NCBI GenBank assembly: GCA_000708835.1
Contig: DF237062.1
Span: forward strand, 62,001-126,000
DNA length: 64,000 bases
Source of the DNA: Klebsormidium nitens
Taxonomy: Eukaryota; Plantae; Klebsormidiophyceae
Direction of reading: 5' to 3'
Notes under the pieces: generated by a model
Told to the model about the DNA's origin: nothing
Seen by the model: the letters and a program-made list of their open reading frames with translations, nothing else
The model's database searches: none
Translations under genes and position numbers: made by a program
Shown: positions 50,601 to 60,382 of the stretch, in pieces
Position numbering within the stretch: position 1 is the first letter of the stretch
Layout of the letters: every line of letters starts with the position of its first letter

Positions 50601-52621
50601 CTCGACCGCTGCTGGAGAATCCAATTGCTTTGTCGACGACCGCTTTCAAGGCTTTGAAAGTGGGAAATCTCAAGAGGTCGAGGATCTCAAAAAACAAACT
50701 TCATACAAAGAAGCAGTGCATGCTCACCGGTCGCTTCGGTAGAAGATGCCGCAGCCGTCGTTCTTTCGATTGGGCCGCTGCTTGTAGAGACATGCGTAAC
50801 CATGTTGTTCCATTAGCGGCCGGAAGAACTCGGCGAACATGTCCAGCTCCTAGACAGAAGTGAAAGCCGCTAGCGTTAGAATGAAGCCATATGTATATAT
50901 AAGCCCATTTTTGGGAACATAGAGATTCCTGTTCGTCACCAGGTGCCTTTTTGTCGCACGATTTTGCTGCAGAGGACAAATCGACCAGATTTAATTGTTC
51001 TCACCATGCACAAGAACTAAGGCGAAGTCGAGCAGGGAAGATCCTTTGGCTAAGGAGGCCAAACGTCGGGATGCACAAAAGCTACTAGTCAAGACAAGAA
51101 GTCATGCGTTTGTTTGAGAAGCCGGTTGCATGTGCCAATCAAAAAGGCTGGAAACAAGCCGTGTTAAACTGTCACCACACGATAAGCTCATTCTTGGCGT
51201 TAGCACTTTTTGTTAGGTCGGCAGACATCGTTTGACAGTATGGACTCATCTTAACGTCTCATGACAAGAAGAACTTCGCTCTTTCTCTCACCTGCAGGCA
51301 GATGAAGTCGGCGTCGAATGACAGCAACTCTTGCCCCAGGACTTGTGACCGGTTCTTCCACCTGAAAGAAATCCTCGCACTTAGGTCCATCATGATGTCA
51401 ACAACCACTTTGTCACAATGCTTCTACATGTCTGGAAGAAGTGACTGATCTTGAAAGCTCATCAGCAACAGCGACACTGACGTTGGTTACTTAGTTAGAT
51501 AGACCTTATCCAGGTTGAACAACCTTTCTGGAAGCGTTTGTAGGCGGTGTGCACTCACTTCAAGGAGTTCTTTGGAGCGTATGGAAAGAGCTCGCCCTTG
51601 ATGTAGCACTGCAAAAGCGACGGTCAAAGAAGATGAGCTGCGGCGCAATTAGTAGTAGTCAACAACATCGTCATGAGAAGCGCGCTTGACTGTAGCCACA
51701 TTCAAGTTTGCAGAAGCGCACCTGAATCGATATACCCTGTGTGGCTCATGTTGTGCACCAATATTGCGGGACAAAGTCAAGCCCAAGCGACTTCCAAAAA
51801 GGTAAGGACTTATGCAGCTCAACATGCGATTGTCAGACTGACCCTCCTGCATCAATCTTCAGCAGGCACCGAACTACCCTAATGAGAATCATGTTAGCAA
51901 CAAAGCCTGAAAAGAGGGCCTACCTGAGCAAGTATGTTGTATGAGATGATGCGCAGCTTGAAGACTTCACCTGCAGAGCAGCGGCAAACCAATCTGCCCC
52001 AGCCAATCCACCGCTCTTAACGACGTAGCTTGCACAAAGAACATCATCCATTGTTTGATAGGCAGCAACTTTGAGGTTCAATGAACAGAGGGGTGGTGGT
52101 GTTCAAGCAAGGAAGTGCGCCCCACCTAACTCTGTGAATCCCAGACGGTTTCATGAAGTGGAGAGTGCAACGCACTTGATCAGATGAGATGCTCAAAGAT
52201 ATGTCAGAGCACTTTAGACAATCAAATAAGAATTGCTTGGCTGGACTTACTTGTCCCATCCTGATCCTCCCCTTTTCGGACTGATTCAAAACCGTGCTTC
52301 ATGGCCCCCGAACTTTGAAGTTGTATGCCCTGCAGTAACATGGTCAATTGTCACCAAAACATCAAAAACTTTTGACTTTTGCTCTTCAAAAGCAGCATGG
52401 ATTTCAAGCTTCAATGTGATGATACAGAACTTCAGCATCGCTCCAAGCTGGTATGTTTCTAATTTTTGAATGGACCTTTGGACACGTACCTCACTGCTGC
52501 TGAACGAACGTGGCCTTGCAGCCAGCAACCTTCTGCTCAACAGCACCGTTCTTGGAACGTTATAAGGTCTGGATATGCGAGAGATCCTCAGCGCCGCCCT
52601 GGCGCTTACAGCAGCTTGCAT
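47640..52621 (-). CDS. CCR4/nocturnin/angel-family EEP phosphoesterase (plant CCR4-4-like), ~537 aa, with a transit-peptide-like N-terminus
   Basis: Exons 52621-52490, 52329-52251, 51970-51924, 51608-51559, 51361-51292, 50849-50728, 50076-49477, 48874-48727 and 48005-47640 total 1614 nt in frame. Motifs: RIISYNILAQ, DFICLQ|E, DGCGIFY, VANTHIYW|DP..DVKLAQ, CGDFNS, GTLDY, PSDHLP. Confidence 0.93.
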
Positions 52622-54414
52622 CGCTGCATATCGACGATGTTGCTTTACACCACCAAAACTTCAGTGTTTGCTACAAGTAGAGACTTTCAAAAGTTTTGCT
52701 CATGATCTTTAACGGGGCATGGCATCCAGCCAGCAAGAGACCTCAAAATCCGCAGCCATTTTCCAACCCCAGTTCTGTGTGCATGCATGTGCCATGATGT
52801 GGCCCCCCTGATCCAGGCAATCTCTCAATCTGCTGGGTTTACGCCTTGCTAACGCGGATCCGGCGACAGGTTGGAAGGGTTGAAGCGGCAGTCAACCTTG
52901 TTATCGCTTCGTCATATTTGTGAAAAGGCATTACATGTTAACCGGTACCCAAACCCCGGTTTCTGAATTCCAAGGTCGCTACACTGAAGTTAACCTACAG
53001 TAGGTACAGTAGTTGCATGAGCGGCAAAAGCGCGCGCGGCCCGCCCGCACAACGCTATAAACGAGGCGGCCGCGGGCCGGCCGTTGGTTGACTTCAGCAA
53101 TGAAGATCCTGACAGACTGACACGCATGTCATTCTTGACCATTCGGGCGGCAGCCTGCAAGTCACATGCATTCCTCATACGGCTGAAAGGCCACAGAATC
53201 AAACACGGGATCTGCAGATTTATGTCATCAAGCTCTTATGTCATCTGCAAGGATTGAGACTCAGATCTAAAAGCTGTTCCGGGCCATCTTTTTGCGAAGG
53301 GTACACTGCAACATGCGCCAACAAAGCCTTCGGAGTGGATCCTTGATTGGCAGGTAGTCGTACACCCAAAAAAACAGCAACGAGAATCGGAAACGACCGG
53401 ATAGGTTCAATAGATCATTCGGGGACTTGGTTGCTGATATTCAGGTAGATCAAGACATATTCCGTACGTTTGACAGCCACTTCAAGGTCACGAGGCGGAG
53501 TGGCAGCGCCTTTCGAGATAAGCATCATGCAGCTTTGATTGGCCAACTGCTTCCTAGAACGAAAGCAAACCCGCGCTCGACTGTCTCCTGGGTGACCGGT
53601 CCTGCGCCCGACAACTTCCAAAGGTTTTATATGACAAGACGGCAGAAGTATTGCACATCAAGAATTTTTAGTCATGCAAAAAATCCTGTCGAAGTGACTG
53701 GCGGAACCAGCTCCGTCTGCTGATGGTTTCCGTTAATTTGCATCGTATCTGCTTTCTTAACCCTTGGCTAGGTTTACTATGTCCCTACCAATCGTACAAT
53801 GTCGCTCCGCATATGACGCAATGACGGTGCGTGCACAAGAAGAGAGCGATGACTCCAAACGGAAAGAAGAGGATGCAGAAGAGCTGCAAAACAAGTGGCA
53901 AAGCGTGAGCATGCGAATAACTGCATATAAAAAAGACCTTGTCAGGCTCTTCGATCCAATTGATTGATAGGATACACGACTTAGACGATTGCTCGAGGAA
54001 GAGGGACCGTTGCTAGGCTTTGAAGTGGCAAGATCAAAATTGGGCCGCCGAGACTCGTTTCTTTGGCCTGAGAGAAAGAGTCGATCCTTACTGCCAACGA
54101 CGTAGTAGCCGTAGTGTGATTCTCCAGACAGCCTAACATTGGACAGGGCAGCGCGCACATTGGGCCTTCTAGATTTGGGTCTCAGAACGTGCTGAATACT
54201 TCTTTTCGAGTTAGAGCGTTCGACATCCACGCAGTGTCCATATCAACACCCACCCACCCACCCACGTCTGGCATCCAATAAAGCTCTCCCTTGGCATATT
54301 TGAAGCCAATAATCACCCGTTCCTTCATCTGCTTCTAGATTTGTGAACGAATCGTTTCAAAGATCAGAATGCGTCTTTAAGAGAAGGGCCGGCAGTGACT
54401 GGAAACTGACCCAC

Positions 54415-54961
54415 GCAATTGGGTCCGGCACGGGAGGGCCCCAGACGTGCTCGTGATCTGGCACGGCTTCGATGACGACCACGCCCGCTGGAAGAGGAAA
54501 GCAAGCCAAAAACTTCGACTCAAAGTTTCTTCATTCTGTCTGCTTTGCTGAGCGAAGCGTACCCTCTTTCTTCTCGAAGCTGATCGACCCGGGATCCGAC
54601 GTTCCGACCATTCACAGCGGCTTGAGCAATCCTAAAGTGCGAACTACTCGCACGAATGTTGCGCTGAGTTCACCACCTTTCGTAAACCTTTTCGATCACG
54701 ATGTTGCGTTTGACCCCGAACACAGAAAACATCGCACAGAATTGCAGATCGCAAAGAGTCTCCAAGCGCATGTTTGACGACGAGGGGCGGGCACTCACGG
54801 ATCGGTCTGATGGGAGTGGGCGCCACGTAAACGCCCGCCACTGGCACGGCCCTCGGCGTCGGCGCTGGCGCGGCCGCGGGCTTCGCCTCCTCGGCGGCGC
54901 TCGGCGCGGCGCCTTTCTCCTTGTCGCCTTCGTGGGCCTTTCGGGTCGCTTCGTCTTCTTC
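54415..54961 (-). CDS. Two probable internal exons (54961-54799, 54487-54415) of an unresolved gene
   Basis: GC-rich, phase-compatible, with good AG/GT sites: EEDEATRKAHEGDKEKGAAPSAAEEAKPAAAPAPTP..RPI|PGVVVIEAVPDHEHVWGPPVPDPI. I could not find the flanking exons. Confidence 0.45.
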
Positions 54962-57900
54962 CTGGAATCATGGCGGAAAGAAAGGAGGAAAAGCACCCAT
55001 TAACTCTCTGCTTCGCAATGATTGTGAGATGCCCTGAGCCCGGATAACCATCAAAATTATGATGTACGGTCACAAGGAAGGCATTGGCCGGGAAGGCTCC
55101 AAAGAGTCCAAATGCTCGAAGAGAACCCAAAGATATCGAGTCTGATGGAAGAGGATCTGCGATACGCCAAGATAGCAAGCTCTGATCCATTCGAGGTCCT
55201 TCGAAGCGTCTAAATCAACATCGACAGATCGAAGGCCGTGAGAAGGCAGTCGATTGCAGGTTCTAAACCAGAACAACTGAACTTCACTTTGCAGCTGTTC
55301 GCCATAGAAGTTCGTCAGACGTCGTCCTTCCAGAGGCACTCTCAGAAGCAAAGACGACGTTTGACGCGTCATCAAAAGGGATTCACCGAATTTTGAGCGC
55401 AACTTTGAAATGGACAGAGGACCAGAGTGGACCTAAGAATTGTTACAAGGAGATGTCTGCCTCTGTAAGCTTACCTTCTTCCATCCGAACAATTGTGAGC
55501 AGCCCCTTTTCTCTCAAGGGACTTATGGTTTTTTCATTCAACTCTGCTACCCACAGAGAGCTTGAGCCTACCTTCGTTTTCTTCGTCATTTTGGCGCCCA
55601 TAAGCTCTGTTTATAGACAGTCAGGTCTCATCCGCGCCCAGAACTTTCAATGTCGAGGATCTTGAAGGCAAACTTCATTGCAGCTATTCTGCTGGGCGCC
55701 TGCCAAGGTCTTCACAAGCATGCAAACTGGAGGTCCAACTTCAACAATGCAAGCCCTTCATTGAAAATTCGATTAAGGGCTCAACCCAAGCGATATGCTG
55801 ACGCTTTTCAGAAATCTCGTCTTTGATTCCGATTCTGGTTTGAAGAGAGTAGGAGGTCACGCAACGCTGGGCTCCAATTGTTATGGTTGAAAAACGCCCG
55901 TTGAGTCGTGGGCAGTTCTGACTTGCAGGCATGAAAGTGCGCTGCTTTCCTGTGACCAGATATCGCCTCTTTTCTCAACCTCCTATGAGGCTGTCTTCGC
56001 CTTGGTCGCGAGTCGTATTCCTTTTGCGCTAGGTGTGCTGACGCAGATTTCCAGACGCATTCCTCTAGCTAGACAAACCTGAGTGTCAAGGGTGCAATGG
56101 AGGAGGGGAGCGGGAGCTGGGCACTTTTCGTCCGCTTTGTGCCTGCGTCCTGATCTTGGTATCAATCGCAAGCGGTTCAGTCCGTTCCTCAGTGGCGAAC
56201 ACCTTTTGGCCGGGTCCCAGAAAGCATGAAGCTGCATGAAGCTGCATATGCATGAAGCTGCCTCGAAGCGCCGAAAAATCCAAAACACTTTGTCATGTTT
56301 GACAATCTTAGAGCATGTACGGTCGATTTGCGAACTCAATCTCGACGACTTTGACGTGCAAGACGAGAGCTTCGCCGAATGTTCCGCGGGCGCTCGCTTG
56401 TCCAACCCTAAAAGTTGGACAAGCCCAAAGGCTACTCGGGAATAATTGGTCTGGTTCAACCGGGTGCGTGATGGGCGCTGTGCAGGCTTCTGATATCGGA
56501 TACTAGATTCTCAACCGACCCTCACTGCGCCCCTGCTGCCGAAGCTACAGCACCCGTGCGCTTGCGCGTTCATACAAATTGGAAGTCAAAATGTTTTGCG
56601 TGAAAGCTTGTAGATGGCACTCAAATGCATGTGCTTGGCAAGCTCGCGGGGATGCAAGCTCGCGATGGTCCGGAAAAGATCATAGGTGGGGGCGTTGGAT
56701 TCAATTTCAGATTCCGCTTTGCCACGTTGACTCTAAAACGGGATCAACGTTGAAGACTTAGTTCGTTTCTCGTCATAATGTGCATCACTGGAAACATGGC
56801 TACTCACATAACGCAGCCTTTCCGAGATGCTATTAAAATCAGCCATGATTGGCGCACTGCCATTCAGATCTACATGTTGTGGGTCAAATAGCAGGACGCC
56901 CCGGTTCATATAAGGTATTCAGTTAGCAAACCGTCTTGTTGAAACGGCAGCGCCCACGAACTGAAATGTCGCATGTCGAGCGATGAGTGTGAGGTTCTTG
57001 CGTGCTTATTGTTTGCTGGAACCGACGTACAGAATACATGGTCGGATTCATGTGCTTCGAAGTAAGATCTATTCACATCTGCAGTCGGTACAAAGTCTTC
57101 AAGCAAGTGGTACTGCTTCATTTCAACGGCTGAAATTGATCAAGACAGTTCAAAAAGATGTCCTGATGTGGACGAATGGCTACAAACGTTCGATGCTCTG
57201 ATTGATTTTGACGGTCTGAGCAGTAGTACGAGAAATGCAGAAGGCCGGACGGCTAAGCGGGATACGGACGACGCGCCCCGCACTCGATGCAGACCTGGTG
57301 ACGGCATATGCACAGCGCGAGGAGGCCAAACGGGAAGAAGAAGATGCAACAGAGCTGCGCGCATAAAAGCGACTCTGTTGGTTTTCGTTGGTGGTTGGCT
57401 CCCTTGAATAGACCGAGAGCTTGGCAGACAGTACTTTCAGGTGAAAGACGGGATGATGCCGCGAGGATCTGGGCTGAAACGAAAGATCTGGGCACTTCTT
57501 GTAATGAGGAGGTAACGGCGTGCTGATCCCTTCGCTTCTCTCAACGTCAACGAGCACGAATCGGAGGCAATCAAAGGCTTGAGCGACTTTGCAACGATCT
57601 GACTCAGCGAAGAACCAAGATTCCGTGGGCTCGGGGTCTGGCCGTTCACAAGATCCGGAGACTGCTTCGTGCCAAGTGCGTCTTCGCTTGAAAGCTTTGC
57701 ATCTCTTGGTTTGACCACCTTTGAAAGAGATTCTTCTGTTCAAAGCTCACCCAAGCAAGGAAGTCGGGTATCGGGTCGCTCCACACGTGCTGATGGTAAG
57801 TCACTGCCGCTGCCGGAATCTCCACCCGGAACGTTTCTGCAAAGTCACAGCCAGAACCTCTCCCGTTGATTTTATCATCTTCCAGAAAAGTAGAATTGGG

Positions 57901-58272
57901 TCGGGTCACATATCAGCGGTCTGATTTGCAGAGGATCGAAATAGAAGAGCTCTGCTGCCAGTGCACGTATTTCAAAAGCGCTTTCTGACGCCTGAGGCTG
58001 CAAGTGTCCGAGGCTCTCCTGTACTTTCCCAATCTTCAGACGGGACTGGGTGGACGCTTGTGCTACTTCAGTGATTGCCCAACCGAAGTGGTTGACTGCC
58101 CAAATGCTAATCTCAGGAGGGGCCGTGAGATATCTGCCGCAACAGATCTGCTCGTACGAGGACCTCGCCCGTACGAGGACGCAAAGAATCGTAGTCGGGA
58201 CGCTGCTGGGCCTCAGACTAGACACATTTCAATCCAGACCGGACCGGAATCTCCAAGCAATATCTTTAAATC

Positions 58273-58563
58273 TTAAATCCTTACGTGGCTGGGGGGCTTG
58301 GCCCGGGTAGTCAACTGCCGCGGTTGTGTACACGTAGGTCGTTCCCCCGGTTGCATAACCGGTGGGCCGGCTCGTCGTCGTATGCGGAGGGGGCTGGGTA
58401 GGCGGAATCGCTGCCTGGGGGGGGTAACCGGGGGATAGGCTGGCGTTGCTCTGTAAGCGGTCACCGGGGGAGCGGTGGCCGACTGGGACGAACCGGGCTC
58501 TTGTTCTTGGGCGGTTCGCGCGCCCGTTGGAGTTTGCTCGGCCTGAGTTTTTGGTTCCTGCAT
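58273..58563 (-). CDS. Possible Pro/Thr-rich coding segment, unresolved
   Basis: GC-rich, with Pro/Tyr-rich text in two overlapping frames (MQEPKTQAEQ..TPAYPP and PGYPPQAAIPPTQPPP). No family recognised. Confidence 0.25.
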   Translation of the reverse strand: MQEPKTQAEQTPTGARTAQEQEPGSSQSATAPPVTAYRATPAYPPVTPPRQRFRLPSPLRIRRRAGPPVMQPGERPTCTQPRQLTTRAKPPSHVRI

Positions 58564-58989
58564 AGGTGGAAGCTTCTTCTGGATGCTCGGGTTGGTTCAA
58601 TAGAGGTGCCGCAAGCTTTGGAAGCAGTATAAGGGGCTTGACATCTTTGTCCTGGAAGCCCTGAGCGCACACAGGGGCATATCCCAACAGATCATAGAAG
58701 AAGATAGGGTCCGAGATACTTTGAAGGACCTTCGTTTCATGACGCATTGAAGAACGGCCGCATAGAACCGAACAAATCCAGCATTCACCAAAGCAACCTT
58801 TGAAAATGAAGTGAGAGATGCCCCTTCATTGATGCGTTGGACTGGGCCTTGAGACTTGCGGCCCTGTGCGGCGGCTTCGTTCGAGGGGTCTGGGGCCACC
58901 CGAAACTTGTCTCCTGTCAAGCTGATGTTCGCAGTGTTAGTAAAGTCCTCCTGAACTCCACTCAGTCGGCTTCTTCAACTGGGGTTGAA

Positions 58990-59665
58990 ATGGTGACTCA
59001 CCATTCAGGCTGATTCCAATCACTTGATCACAATTTGGCGTTGAGAAGGAACAACCTATTCTTTGATTTGTACCAATCATCCCGAAAAGCACGTCCAATC
59101 TTATGCTACTCCACTAGTCTCTGCACCCTGTGGACCTCAATCAATAGCTCTTCCACAGAGAAGACACGTCTGGAAGGAAAGCATTGCAAGTATTGGATGC
59201 ACAGCCCACAGAATAGCAGCCCAACTCTGTCGTAGACATATTTCAAGCCTCTCTTTCTCCTTGGCGAATCTATGTTAGCTTCTGCCAGCGCATTTGCAAC
59301 TCTCGCTCGAGCGGACCCAATCGAACCCTCAGCAACCCGCCCCCTGATGCAGCAACTCAACGAAGTTCGGCTAAGCTGCTCCAACAAGTCAAAGCGAGCA
59401 GGAAAGAGCCATGCCCATGCTCAAGAGCTTTGCGTGTCTGTGAGGAGTCTGGGACTCAGAGCTGTGCATGCAGTCGTCCACATTTGAAAAGGAAGGCACA
59501 AGGATTCTCCGAATCTCGTGAAAGTCGTGTCTCTGAAGCGCCCAAAAAGCCCTCAGGCCCTCACGCAACTGGAACACAATCTACTGCGCTTTGCCGAGTA
59601 TTGTTACTCTACTTCATCTCAACAATGTCAGATGAGGACCCTCGCTATCTTTGAGCTTGCGATTG
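58990..59665 (-). pseudogene. Decayed coding relic of unknown origin
   Basis: Protein-like frames are interrupted by isolated stops: NRKLKDSEGPHLTLLR*SRVTILGKAQ*IVFQLREGLRAFWALQRHDF and VFSVEELLIEVHRVQRLVE*HKIGRAFRDDWYKSKNRLFLL. No introns apparent. Confidence 0.35.
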
Positions 59666-60382
59666 ACAGTCTGAGTTGGCTAGACCGGCCCGTTGACGAA
59701 CGAGCATAGACACAAAGAAGTCCGATCAAGCATCGTGAGTCGATGTACTGTAGTGTAGAAAGTTAATGTTCGACCGAAACTTGGACGGCGAACTTCAACA
59801 TCCTTGGACGATCGAAGTGCCTGTAAGAGGATGACGGATGTACGGTAAGATTATGAGGCCAACCATTGAGATCAAGCATGGCTCGACTGCCGGGATTCCT
59901 AAGAAAGATCAAGGGACTCGCTTTCAGCTGCGTTGCTCAGCTGCTGGCCACTCGGACGAAGCTTCGCCGCCGAGTACTCTTTGGCAATACGAGACAGAAT
60001 GATGCTTTGCAAGAGCCTATTCTGCACAAAAACTTGGCTCAGCTTCTTTGGCGGAGGCGTTGCACGGAGTCAGTTGGATGAGTCGCAGCTCAGCCGGAAT
60101 CAGCTGATGCCTGGTGACGGTGGTTCCGGGCAGTGGCCACGGCGGAATCATATGTCCGCCCAGCACATTGTGACGAAGTACCTTACCTAGTCCGCCCGCG
60201 GAACCATGACCGGAATTGTCACCCGGCCAGGCCTTGAAATTTGAAGCGGCACCGGAACCGGAAGCGGAGCTTCACAACGGAAGAGAGCACATTCTCCTCA
60301 GCTAGCCCCGGTAGCCCAGTCAGTCTTCCAGCGTAATAATAGCTAGAGGGCGCTTTCTGTTGCTGTCAAGGTGGTGCCTTCA

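Noticed and set aside
52990-53202. ORF as an extra first exon of the CCR4-like gene
   Set aside because: The ATG at 52621 already gives a coherent presequence. This GC-rich patch is more simply promoter or 5' UTR, though not excluded without cDNA.
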